A program made the translations under genes and the position numbers. DNA of 64,000 bases from Lingula anatina (lineage: Eukaryota; Animalia; Brachiopoda): the NCBI GenBank assembly GCA_051362555.1, contig CM120640.1, positions 48,772,788-48,836,787 of the forward strand, given 5' to 3'. Below are positions 26,282 through 38,448 of this stretch, piece by piece (the stretch's first letter is position 1; each line of letters begins with the position of its first letter). Below the pieces are notes generated by a model that worked only from the letters and a program-made list of their open reading frames with translations, was not told where the DNA came from and did no database searches.

Positions 26282-26472
26282 CAGTTATTGTTAACACCAC
26301 TGAAACTGGGCCCCAGGTTATTTCATTGCCAAAGTCGACCTCGCCTCCGCACATCGTTCAGTCCCTCTGCACCCGTCGCGATATTGCGTAACAGGTCTCC
26401 AGTGGCGTTTTCAAAACTCATCATCGGGCACTGTCCTCGCAGACACCAGATTACCGTTTGGTGCACGCCTTA

Positions 26473-26696
26473 GACCCCATTCCCATAGATTTTAGATCGA
26501 TCTATCCCCGTGGGGAGTCTCATTAGATTACTGTCAGCTTAGCCGGCTTAAGCGTCTGTCCCGCATACTAAAAGCTGTAAGGGGGTAATTAACTCTGGTG
26601 CGCGCTTGGCTGACTGCAATTCAGCGCGAACCCCAGGGAGTTAGGTCGATCTAATTCTAAAGCTCTGGAACAATCTAAATCTCTGGGAATGCACCC
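26473..26696. mobile_element. MITE family A, copy 2
   Basis: GACCCCATTCCCATAGA..TCTCTGGGAATGCACCC with TTA TSD on both sides. Confidence 0.9.
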
Positions 26697-27031
26697 TTAG
26701 TCCGCTTATCTTACACCGATTTTATTAAGCCAGGCAGTAAAACGCATAATGGAGAAGCGTGGTTTAAGCTTGTCGTATACCTGGACGACTTCCTGGTAGT
26801 AGGGGAATTTTTTTCTGATTGCTTAACAGTTTACAATGAGCTACTTCTTAGGAAATTAGGTTTTAATATAAACTGGAAAAAGGTGTGCGATCCCACAACA
26901 AAACTAACCTTTTTGGCACAGTAATAGACACAAAAAGGGGCACCTTATCCTTGGAAATAAATAAGGTGGAAGAACTCTCCAATGCTATTACTAGTTTTCG
27001 ACGTCGGAGGCGGGTCACCAAGAGACAGTTA

Positions 27032-27234
27032 GACCCCATTCCCAGAGATTACATCGATCCAACTAGATCGACCTAACTTCCTGGAGGTTCACGCTAAATA
27101 GCTGTCAGCCGAGCGGGCACGAAAGTTAATTACCCCTTACAGCTTTTAGTAGGCGGGACGGACATTTTTAAAGCCGTAATCTAGTGAGATTCCCCACGGG
27201 GATAGATCGATCTAAAATCTATGGGAATGCGCCC
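27032..27234. mobile_element. MITE family A, copy 3 (opposite orientation to copy 2)
   Basis: GACCCCATTCCCAGAGA..CTATGGGAATGCGCCC with TTA TSD. Removal restores KRQLESLA. Confidence 0.9.
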
Positions 27235-27447
27235 TTAGAATCCCTTGCAATCGGAGGCGATCGGAGGCTAATCCCACGATTTTTCGACAAAACCGGGTCA
27301 AAATCCTTGAAAAAATCTCAGACAATGTGATTGCTCCACTTTTATTAGGATTATTGCTAGGATTGTTCAAGGATTCTTTATTTTCTACGACGACCCCCGG
27401 CCAAAACTAATCCCCGACATATCGCCGACATTGTGACTGGGCCTTCA

Positions 27448-27498
27448 ATAGACAGTCATTTTGGCCTGATGACATCAGACCAAAATGGCTGTCTATTT
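27448..27498. repeat. Short near-perfect palindrome
   Basis: ATAGACAGTCATTTTGGCCTGATG-A-CATCAGACCAAAATGGCTGTCTAT. Confidence 0.8.
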
Positions 27499-29544
27499 AT
27501 CTAGAGACATTTATCTCTGAATATCTGTGGAAAAATCGATATCGCCCTGGTAGAGGGTAGGGAAAGACTCACCTTAGACCTATTGTCAATGTCATTGCAA
27601 CCTTAATATACCCTGCACATAAACGCAGATTGAATCCAATTGATCAGGACTTAAAATGGTGGGCTACATGGCTTAAAACAGGTAATAACACGCGTCTAAT
27701 TTGGGATACAAGGGACATATGTCATGTGTACACAGATTTCAGCAGCACTGCGGGTGGAACCTTCCTCCACGGCGACTGGTTCTACACACACTGGCAATCG
27801 GACAGCGCTGCACTCAGCGTCCAGCACGTATTAAATGTGAGGAACTCGCTGCGATAGTTCTTGCAGCCCATCGTTGCGGCAACCTCTGGAGAAATAAGCG
27901 CGTCCTCGTGCATACGGACAGCAAAGTTGCTATGAGTATCCTTAACAAAGGAGCGTCACTTAATATATGTTGCAATAACTTACTAAAGGAACTGTCTTTT
28001 CTAGCTCTCCAGTATAACATGGCGATAGAAGCATAATACTTAGCTGGATGCGACAATTACACAATATCATGTTTTAATGAACCTAGTAAAATGAGCGAAT
28101 TTCTCTCAGTAATGCATGCCTGGTATATTAGTGCTAACAGAACTTCGCCGCATTATGACATGAGCAAGCACATGACCAGAAATTCACTGTTATTTCTCTT
28201 TTCACGGGAGGAAGAAAATCTCAAAAAAAAAAAAAAAAAAAAAAAAAAGGACTATTATCATGCAAGTATTATTATAACAGCATGAAAATAAAACACTAAA
28301 GATTTTCACAACCCAAGAACACAATGCAGAATAATATTGCACATATTCTCGGTTTGGTATTAAATGCATGTATAGAATAAAGCTTGAATTTTTGAATTAA
28401 AAAAAAAAAATGAAAAACATGGCCAGAAATGTGCAGCATTCACGCGATACGCGAGGGCGCTATCGTAGGGCTTCACGTGACTCAACTAGCCAATCACAGC
28501 ACAACAATGGCATCGCACACAGACTCTGTGATAAGTGCTCAGCCCGTTGTCAAGTAGTGTTAGTTCATGGTAACAAGCGTCTGACATGTGCAGAGAAGTT
28601 TATTGTAATAAATATTTTTCTTATTGTTACATTATTAAATCTAACTCTGTATCCAAGTAGTAACTATACTGTACCAAGTCAGGTACTGATGAGGTCATAT
28701 ATTCCAGAATAAGCCATTACCTCTAATTTATAACTTTAATATTGTTTAATATGTTATTCATGAAAGAGTTCATGAAAGATTATTTTAATTTGTTAAATCG
28801 TGATCTAATTCTTTTTATATTCAAATAATTGAATAATGTGGGTAAAATTGGTCTTCCACTTCTTATTTGCATTTTTTCTTTACTACAAGATTATTTTGGA
28901 ACAGTTGCAGCATTAAAATTTAAAATAAACAGCAATCTGAAAGAAGAATTTTGCATTATTATTAAATGATGATAGGAATTTTGGATTAAGAGAATAGTTA
29001 AATACTGAATAGTGATATTGTCAGTCAATTTATGTAGAATCTGATAAAATGATTGAAAATACTGATTGAATTCTTGGCCTTGCACTGGGCAGTTTCACAT
29101 TTGTGCCAAGTGCTTTTTTTGGACTCCATTGTACAGTGGTAAAAGTTCTTCAATTGCCATGAAAGTTTTTAATCAGACTCTGTATGGTGCTGGTATCTGC
29201 TGGTGCTATCGGCAACGAATTAGTTTGCCTTTGTTTCTGAGTGAATCTACCGTCTAAAATCACTATTTCTGAAAATACCGGTATGTGCGTTTTGCTGAGG
29301 GTAGGCTAGGCAATACACGGCAAACTTCTTAGTACGTGTGTACAACAGAATTTTTTAAAAAAACACTAACGATATTTGGTCAGGAGTTGCTTGAAGCATA
29401 GCACAGCGTTGCTGTCTATCGGCATCAGGCCGTAAGTTAGTCAATTATCACGAATTACCCACGAATCGCGAACCCATTCATTTTCCTATGGCAATCTAGC
29501 AACTCATTAAAAGTGCACGCATGCGCAGTGGGCTAAGCGTGACG

Positions 29545-30077
29545 TCATGCAGTGCATTTCTGGGGATGAGAAAAATGTTTAATAGTAGCGTACACCAACT
29601 CTGTCAAAATGAATGTCTTGTAAAAACTGGTCAGTTTAGGAACCACAGATGCCCAATGAACAGCATCAAACAGAGCAGATTCAATGAAGATATCCTTCTC
29701 TGTGCACAAAACAAAATCATACTCATGAATGTTGTACACAGCCATTTGACCCTGGACTTGAGTGAAGTAGCTATGTTTCTGATTCAAATATGGCCTATTG
29801 TTTTCGTCTAGCTTTAAACATGACAGTTTTCTGGTGACACAGAGTGGTCCACTAAAGTTGTTGAGTAGATTTTCTGCACATATCCATCTTGAAAATACCG
29901 ATAAGCTTTCAGACTTTTGAATGCCCGCACAAATTTCTTATCGTATGTCCTATCCTTGCTGTCTATGAGATACGTTTTCAGTTCTTTCTTGGAAAAGTCA
30001 TCAGGTACGTCCGTTAATTTTCTATTCCAAGTACTCGCATGAATGTGTTTTCGAAAAAATTCAGGTGTTATCACCAC
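29545..30077 (-). mobile_element. Decayed YqaJ (lambda-exonuclease-like) gene remnant, ISL2EU-type DNA transposon
   Basis: HSYFTQVQGQMAV..YDFVLCTEKDIFIE..FDAVHW..VPKLTSFY (YqaJ C-terminus) and RAFKSLKAYRYFQDGYVQKI (the segment that precedes the SWIM finger in these proteins). The middle is deleted. Confidence 0.7.
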
Positions 30078-30253
30078 CTCTATAAACTACACAAAACTTT
30101 GAACTTATCTTGTATCCCAGATACAGCTTTCTTTGGTCTTCTGCGGGTGAGCAATTTCACTATTAAATGTCAGACTGACACAGGGCTGTCAATCCTCAGG
30201 CAAGATATATCTATCACACCCCAAGGTTGCATCCTACGCATTAGGAAGTCTAA

Positions 30254-30369
30254 GAGTGCATTCCCATAGATTTAGATCGATCCATCTAGATCGACCTAAC
30301 TCCCTGGGGGTTCACGCTAAATTGCTGTCAGCCGAGCGCACACGGTAGTTAATTACCCCCTTACAGCTT
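30254..30369. mobile_element. MITE family A, copy 4 (truncated)
   Basis: TAA|GAGTGCATTCCCATAGATTTAGATCGATCC..TAATTACCCCCTTACAGCTT. Second TIR absent. Confidence 0.85.
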
Positions 30370-30754
30370 CATCGACCATACATGTAGATAAGGAATAAGT
30401 ATATAAGCAATACCTTGAGAGGGATACGGGGAGAGATGTACGGTAGAGACAGCGAGAAGGAAGCAGTGAAGCAGGAGATTGGAAGAGACGGAGTACGGGC
30501 CGAGACGTGGTTAGGAGTTGGAGACTTCACTTAGAATATGTAGCTACCGAGCGTCAACGAATAAATCGTTTAACTGGTCATTATGTGGACTTGGGTAAAT
30601 CTGACACGAACGTGGTATCTTTGGATTGCGTTATCCACTAAGTTAGACGAAAACGTTATGTCCTATTTCGAGCCCACGCTTGAATTAAGCGTACAAAATT
30701 ATATAAGTTTAGGACATTCGTCATATGTGTATGAAAAGGCTCATTACCGGTACA

Positions 30755-31460
30755 TGGGCCTTTTAAATGTATTACATGTATCTTGTGCCTTTTTTCAGTA
30801 GTTTACAGTAGTATTAGAGGTGTAGGAATAAAGGTGACTTAAGCCCTCCTGTGTGTTGTTTTAAGTGCCCATTTAAACTCAGGTACCAGGAGGGGGGTGG
30901 GGGTGGGGGTTCGGGGAGTTCGAAAAAAACCACCTTTTTGCTGGGAAAAGGTCCACACTGGGTAAAATTTTATCTATGTACTTGAGGATTTTATGGTAAA
31001 AGGTCCACTTTTTCAGAAAACGACCCCCCCCCCCCCCCTGAAATTGCTGGCTACGGGTCTGAAACTAAATGGTATTTAAAACTCACACAGGAGGGTTGTC
31101 TAGGGACCTTTATCCCCGCACCCTTTGTTATAGCAATTTAGCTGGTCACGTGTATCAGAACCAGCTGCCTCGTTTCAAATCAGTCACATGTAATTGCCCA
31201 ACGGTCAATCGCAGTTTTAAACAGAACAGCGGCAGCAGCAAGTCATGCAGAGTGCACCGTAAGATTAATAGTACATGAACAGTGCAATATATTATCTGTA
31301 TTAATTTTTTTCTTCTTCCCCCCTTTCGTGAAGTTTTCGTACCAAAGACACTGGGCCTTTTAAATGTATTATGTATCTTGTGCCTATTTTCGGTAATTTA
31401 CAGTGGTATTAGAGGTGTAGGAATAAAGGTGACTTAAGCCCGATTGTGTTTTGTTTTAAC
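30755..31460. repeat. ~105-bp direct repeat pair (30755-30864 and 31352-31460) flanking a G/C-tract MITE-like insert (~30880-31060)
   Basis: TGGGCCTTTTAAATGTATTA..TATTAGAGGTGTAGGAATAAAGGTGACTTAAGCCC occurs twice. Confidence 0.8.
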
Positions 31461-31595
31461 CTAAGATTCAATAAACGGATGGTACATAAGATCTAAATTT
31501 TAACTAATTAAAACAAGGATAAAAAATAGAACAAGGATTGAGAGCTCAAAACTTTGTTAACACACGCAAGAAAAGCGCAGTAATTTATATTTCTA

Positions 31596-32789
31596 CACTC
31601 TAAAAACAAATCAATTATTTTCCATACCTACAAAATCGGTTGACTTGTAATCAGTTACAATCAACGGTTTATTCGGTTATTAAGTGGTCAACATGGTAAC
31701 CGTGTGGATCAGTTATTGAATAAAGACATTCGACAGAATATCAAAAGACTGTAAAATAATTCTACAAACTATGAATCTTGTTTATTTATAAATATATTGC
31801 CCTTCTACAAGCGTACCCCATTACTCGGTATATTTAACTATTCTGCATTGTGTCAATCGCACTGAGTAACCAATGTCTTGGTTGCTGTTGACGGCGAAAC
31901 TTTGGCTAAGGTTTCTGTGCGCGCAGGACTGCCTGGAGTGGGCATTTCAAGTCGCCACCCAGATAGCAAAAAACATTGGCACAACAGTCATGAGTGGCAC
32001 TTATGACGTATCAAGTTATACCTTGACCCATGTAAAGTTTTGTAAGGTGGGTCATTCTTGTAAGTAAAAAAGTTTTAATGTGTTTTTGAGGTCCAAATTG
32101 TTGTTCATGATTTTGTGGGATTTATGTGCCTCTCCCTTTATTTAATTCAACAGAGCTGTTACACCATTTCTTTGGATGTTTTAAGTGTCAATAAGTAATG
32201 ATGGAAACTTCTATACATTGTAAGACCTCCTTTTATTCCCCCCAGGGTTGGAACGGTATCATTCTCTGTGCGTCTTAGGGGGCTACCACAGCAGAACACT
32301 AAGAAGACATTAGGTATTTTTTTCTAATATGTCTGGCATTTTTATAGTTGAACTTAACTATTTATAAGGTTAATTCTAACTGAGGATAAGGTTAAAAGTT
32401 AAAAGATCGAATCAGTTGGCATGACAAATTTTAACTAAGTTAATTTCAACTGTACCATCGGTTAACTACAAGCAAATAAATTGGTTGAGTTCAACCAGAG
32501 AAACTATTTTATAGTTTTTATAAATCAGTTAAGAATAACCATTTTGGTCAGTTGCCAGTAACTGAATGGAAGCAACCGTATATAAACGGTTATAATTGAA
32601 GTGGTTATATCTAACTCAGTGTATTGTTTAAAAGTAACCGAAATGTTAACCGTTTGGGTTGGTTTAAAAGGCAACTGATTTTGACACAGTTAGGTTAACT
32701 GAATATTTAGTCGGATATATATAGACCGAGTGAATTGTTTAATATTGAACGTATTTTCGGTTAAGTTGAACTGGCCAATTTTAAGAGTG
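31596..32789. mobile_element. Non-autonomous CACT-terminated (EnSpm/CMC-like) element
   Basis: TA|CACTCTAAAAA ... TTTTAAGAGTG|TA termini and many short subterminal GGTT/AACC/AACT repeats. Confidence 0.75.
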
Positions 32790-33115
32790 TACCATTAAGG
32801 CACTGGCATAATAACAAGTTACAGAAGCAGCATCAGTTTTACTACGATAATTACTGATATTCAGACAATTTGTCAAAAACACCTTATTTAACACCTTCGA
32901 AGAGAGCATCACCAACAATTTCTATGATCAATTACCATAATTGATGACAGTTAAAAACTTTTACTTGAACAATATAAGAACCACACGATTGCTCAATGAC
33001 ACTTCGATGGACACGAGTGTTGGATTTATGTGTCCGAATACTTATTGTAATATCTACATAAAACTCACACTTGACACAATAAATGCCATATGACAAATAA
33101 ACTTTCTGTTCTTAC

Positions 33116-33422
33116 CTGATATATCATCAAAGACGATATAAATGCGATCTTTTGGATGGATCGCCCCCTTTTGAATTTCCAATTTCCATGTCCTTTTTAC
33201 ACACCTAGAGATATTATGTGACTGTGACGACATATGCATTGTTAGGTGTTTTTTTCTGGGAAAGTGTCTGTCAAATAATACACTGCCACTCTCTCGCGAT
33301 GGATTCACTGAACACCACCCGCTAACGTTCGAGTTGTTTTGGTCTATAAAGCCCGGGTGACAATGAATTATCTCATACTTAGCGCCTTGGTAACCACTGG
33401 GAATATTTGTAGATAGGGACAT
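33116..33422 (-). CDS. Probable first coding exon of the PARP14-like gene
   Basis: ORF MSLSTNIPSG..IHPKDRIYIVFDDIS ends at a strong phase-1 donor (TCAG|GTAAG) matching the phase-1 acceptor at 24930. IYIVFDDIS|V parallels the RRM exon ends VWITFCDPS|V and VTITFVDPE|V. The joined CDS is 6966 nt (2321 aa). No transcript evidence. Confidence 0.5.
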
Positions 33423-35977
33423 ATACAGCTTGAGTTGATAAATGAAATGAAAAATATTTATCGTTTATATTTCTACTATTAGTCACACCTTCTTCTCAAC
33501 TATTTTTGTCTCTCATCTGATGGCTCGTGATATCTGAAAGGTTGGCTCTGGTTCCTTGATGTCACATTTTAATTCTTTGTATTCTTTGAAATAGAAAGCA
33601 TGTGCTCTTCTTAGTTACTGCCCACTGCTTATACAAGTAAACAGCGGCCACGACCTCATATAGTCTCTCTCGATGAGTTTTCTAAGGAATTTTAATATGG
33701 AAAAGTCATAGTTCCCATTTGAAGAAAAAATCCTGATATTTAAATCAAACTAAATTTAACTTAATTTCAATATTTCCTCATTAAAAAATAATAATAGTAA
33801 TAATACACACACATTGTAAAACTGACATTCACATGAACAAGTAACCTTTCTCTTTTATAATGACTCCGGGACATCACAAGATAAATGTTAACAAATCATT
33901 TTATTGAATTCGAAGTAATAATTTACATGTAACTAACCAACCTGATTTGCCTTATCATTTATTGCATTGGTTTAAAAGGTTGCAAAACCATATCAGATAA
34001 AAGCTCGATCCACATGCATTGATTGCCGTACACACTTTAATTTACCCATGTACCCGCTGTAACCTATATTTTACGTTGGCTGTCACGTGGCCTCCAATCA
34101 ACTACGGAAGAATAAAGAGCATGGAATCTGCTGAGGGGTCCCTCGTCTCTTGAACCCAGTGACATGATATAGATATGATAAAAGGTCAGGTACCCTTTCT
34201 CGTGACATGTGAATTCTAGACATAGTTACATGCACGGTAGAGAGGGAGTCAGTTGACAAAAATTTGGAATTGCGTGATATTATCGATTAATCATTAACAG
34301 ATGTAATTTTATACAAGGGACCCACCTGTATTTAATTGTACTGGGTGTAATGGACTGGAGATTTGAGAAGTAGCTCCTAAAGTTTGCTGCCCGTATTCTT
34401 GTGGTTGTACATGTTGTCTGTGTCCAGTTGGCGAGGAGAAGTCTTGCAACAAGTGGTGGCTAGCTGACATTTCGTGGCTCGAACTGGTATTATTTGTATC
34501 GGTGCCCTTATAACAAAAATGACATAATGAGACATAATGACATAATGTCCCCTTTGGGGACTTAAAATGTTGAAAGCTATTATATTTTCAGTATAACATA
34601 TAATTCGAACAAAGGTTTCTGTCCTATAATGATTAATACATGTATATAAATGTTTTCTTACCTCTTTCGAGTCCATTATTGGATAATTTTTTAATGCCTT
34701 CAAGACAGATCATGGGGACGAGATGTGTTGTCAACAGTGGAATTTCCGTCTCTGAAAAACACCCAATTTCTCAGTAATCATAAGGTATTTGGTGCATGTG
34801 TAGTACAGTGTAGCACAAAGACGATGACACATTGTATAAACATGTCAATAAAAACACAAAAACAGTAATATAGGGGTTACTTATTAATAATCCCGGTAGA
34901 TACATTAAAAGGTTGATACAGGTAGCCGTTTACTGTGTATATTGACACGTTCCATAAAGCGTAAATGTTCCGATTATTTCCTTGGATGGTTACATACGTT
35001 GTTCTTTTGAACGATGCCATTATTTTCCCCACGCCAAGAAATAGTTTGAGAGAAAAGATGAGCGTATTAATAAGAAAGAAGATTTAAATGGCATAACAGT
35101 ACAGTTCTATGAAAAAGAAGCAGAAAAATGAAGAAATAAGCCATGATATTTCATTAAAAAACTCTGGTGACTCTGTCGTGGCTGGAATGTGAATCGTAGT
35201 CCGTTCCCCATTACTTTATGCAGTTGACATTCGTCCAATATACTATATACTAACCCCAAAACTTCGACTAACCCTTACCTATACTAATCATTTAAGACGC
35301 TGAACTTCCATTCATAGGACTACCATTCCTGTCATATGATGGAATATTTTGAAAAAATAAGAGAATTTTTATTGAAAATCTATTATTTAAAATTGAGAAT
35401 TTTTATTTCACGACTTTTCTATAATCGTTTAAAATAGCTCGGGCATCATTCCAGCAAGATAACGAACACACCAGCGGATTAAGGGGGCGGGATCATGGGG
35501 GCCACACCTTCGGTTACTGAAAAAAAATCACACCAATATGTTCCCCTTGAAATAAAAATTTGACTAGCTGAATCATAGATCTAAACTGTACCAAATGGCA
35601 CCGTTTGCCCTTCAAAACACCAAAAGTTTCCGGGGCCAAGTGGGCGGGGATCGGACTCGCATCCGAGGCCTGTCATTCCTAGAAAAATCAGAACCCCTTC
35701 AAATAATCCTGCATACACCCCTGAAACAGGTACCCCTCCTCTCCACAAAGTCACACAAGTCACGCATTTTAATTAAAATTAACACTACATAAATACTAGT
35801 AGACTTGGTAGATGTTCTTTTTACCCCAAAAGATCAGCCGAAGGATGAGAGATAAGTAGATACAAACCACATACCTTGCACTTGACGAGAACAAACTCTC
35901 TTTTGTTGTCGTGTTATTTCGACTTCCCGAACTACGCCCCTTTCGCTTTGACTGCAGTCCTGAAAAGTGCGTCAGTA

Positions 35978-36905
35978 GGGAGGTCAGGTGACATCGCTCA
36001 TTGGTCGGAATGTTCACTATAGAACATTCGGAACAATGAACCCTTGATTAAAAAATACAGTCAAACAAAGTACAGTTAATGACAGTCAAACAAAAGTGAA
36101 CAAACGTAGTATTTATTTTCTCTCCACAGATTCCTAAACCTGCCATTACGATACGGCGGTCTCTACAAAAATCTCACTGGTTTTGTATTACCTACATGCT
36201 ATGATGTCCAGTATCAATGAAATTTTTTTTGGCAAAATGATAACTTACCAAAATCGGATATTACTTATTTTCATTGTGCATTCTGGCATTTTATACTAGT
36301 TAAACCTTTAAATCGTATATGCAAGTGCCACTGTAATATTGGTTGTCATGGCAACAGTGACATTGTATTTGTTTACTATTCAACTTAAATTCATATAGTG
36401 AGTACCAAGATTGTTTCCCACTTCATATTCGGTTTAAAAATTCATGATTATGTTTACAAAATAACTTAAACTGTTACCATAACAACAGCTATCATAGCGA
36501 CAGTTTCCATAGCAACGGATACATTAGAAGCCATCGTTTTTGTTTTTATGATGGCGCATTTTTTAGAATCATTTTCATCCAAGAGTAGCCTTTGGGCAGT
36601 GATTCTGAAGCCTTAAGGTTGAAAAAAATAGTATTGATCGCTAATGACATTTAGCAAAGGTTGCCATGGAAATAATGGATAAATTCCAGAAAATATTGTA
36701 TCTATAATTATTTGGCTTCAACTGTTACATATGCTTGCATACAAGACTTAAAAAAAATTCGTGGCCGACTACAATTCTTGTAAATTTAATAGCTCTTGAT
36801 TGGCTTGCTTGATTTAAAAAAATTGGGAAAACTCATTATTTGCTCTGTCAGAAAATATCAGTCTGGCTTATATTAATGTAACTTCCAAAGTTGACTTGAC
36901 CTCCC
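35978..36905. mobile_element. Non-autonomous TIR element inserted in the promoter region
   Basis: TA|GGGAGGTCA ... TGACCTCCC|TA. Absent at the homologous site of copy 1 (~6415). Confidence 0.7.
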
Positions 36906-37020
36906 TAGCGGTAAAAGATCTCACTCACAAATACGCTGTACTGTGTGTAGTTTGGCGTCTTTTATTCCTGGGCCCGACGCCTCTGATGTAAACCTTAAGT
37001 TAGACTGAATGTTATTCAGA

Positions 37021-37196
37021 GAAACTTAAAGTAAAACTATGAAACTCTCCAATATGGTCGTATTTGTATAGGTAAATATGGAGGGGATTCCCAGTTTCTA
37101 AATATGGAATGCCTGCCATATCCAACCAATCAGCATTACAAATGCAATCGACTCAGCCATATCACCCAATAAGAATTAACGTTACCTGGGATTTCC
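37021..37196. promoter_or_regulatory. IRF-like / NF-kB / CCAAT cluster in the PARP14-DTX3L intergenic region
   Basis: GAAACTTAAAGTAAAACTATGAAACT (37021-37046), GGGGATTCCC (37083-37092), CCAAT boxes (~37126, 37166), GGGATTTCC (37188-37196). Confidence 0.5.
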
Positions 37197-37716
37197 GGTT
37201 AATCTATATGCCTGTAGACTGTGTTGACCTGCACTGCTCTTAACTTACTGAAAACCTGTAAACTGAAATGGTTTGAAGATAACTAAGGTAACAACATGTA
37301 CATGCATCGCTAATTTTACTCGGACAGATTAATGATATGATTACGATTATTATCTCAAGCTTGCACATATTTTATAAGCTGGCCTCCTATAAGTTGTGTC
37401 TTGCAATGGATAAAATCAGCTGCATAAAGGGAAGTGATCAATTAACTGGGGTCTATTTTTTCATTGTGATGACGCCCAGCCTGTATGTTACACTTGTACC
37501 TGTAGAGCTTATACATGTAGGTGGTCAAGAAATTGTCTCTTTACAACTTCTTGAGGCGGTGCAGGGGCTTATAGCACTCTCAAACCTTATAACCGGATAG
37601 TACGCATGCTGACTTATAATATCTGTTTTCTTTTCACACGCTTAGCCACTGATTTATTTCAGAATGCACAATGAAAGCTAACGCACTAAAGCGTTGCATT
37701 TTTAAAGCATAAAATT

Positions 37717-37729
37717 AGTTTCGTTTTTC
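37717..37729. promoter_or_regulatory. ISRE-like element upstream of the DTX3L-like gene
   Basis: AGTTTCGTTTTTC, a near match to the ISRE consensus AGTTTCNNTTTC, about 1.1 kb upstream of the ATG. Confidence 0.4.
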
Positions 37730-38350
37730 GTCCTGCTCGAGCTGTGATAGTGACGTCACCGATACCGGTTCAAACAAGTAGTCAATAGGTCACATGTAGG
37801 TATAACATACGCATATACAGTGTGAAATGTACTTCGGACCCTGCAGGTAAACGCCCCTCCTAGGAAAAGAAAGGGATTGGAAAAGTCGAGAGAGATACTG
37901 AAAGTACAGTGTAGGAGGCGAACCTGGTAAGCGCTAAGGCTCAGTGGGCCATTTTTAAAGAACAACAATATCCATGCAGGTGTAGTAGGATTCGATTAAG
38001 GAAAGAAAAGATTCTAATAAATTTCACAATGTCCATGCTATATATCACATTTGTAATTCAGTGTTATATTATGGTTTGAAATTATGTGAAAATACTGTAG
38101 AGAAAAATATTTATAGGTCGATCACTGTATGAAGTATTAATAAGCACATCGTCAATATCATCGAAGAAATATGTTGAGAATGAATTTGGTTTGACTTTAT
38201 AAGACAAATCAGGTGTAGTTGATTAATTAATAAAGAAAAAAGTTTTAGCAGAACAAATTACGAATTACCCGATTTTCACAAATAAAACGATTACCAATAT
38301 ATGAGCTCAATTTTAAATTAGCTTTGTAGTTGCATCAAAGATAATAGTTA

Positions 38351-38448
38351 CCCAGCAGACAAACGACATTGATTCACAGTTGAATCAACGTTAATTTTGT
38401 TGGATCAACGTTGAATCAACGTTGAATCAATGTCGTTTGCCTGCTGGG
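38351..38448. mobile_element. 98-bp hairpin MITE
   Basis: CCCAGCAGACAAACGACATTGATTCA / TGAATCAATGTCGTTTGCCTGCTGGG, internal TTGAATCAAC repeats, TTA on both flanks. Confidence 0.85.

Larger units (their letters stand above)
26440..28200 (+). mobile_element. Degenerate DIRS/Ngaro-type retrotransposon fragment (RT and RNase H)
   Basis: DTRLPFGAR(L)SPLI, VVYLDDFLVVG (~26772-26805), RRRVTKRQL|ESLA, DLKWW, VYTDFSSTAGG..GDWFY, ELAAIVLAAHR..WRNKRVLVHTDS..ILNKG. Interrupted by MITEs and frameshifts. Confidence 0.85.
33215..37662. repeat. Segmental duplicate, copy 2 (5' region and promoter between the PARP14-like and DTX3L-like genes)
   Basis: Collinear with 3125-9020. Contains minus-strand exon-like segments with conserved splice sites (~35876-35930, ~34662-34752, ~34326-34506). 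Confidence 0.92.

Noticed and set aside
38365-38435. TTGAATCAAC short repeats resembling a CRISPR or iteron array
   Set aside because: No unique spacers, eukaryotic context, and they lie inside a hairpin MITE.
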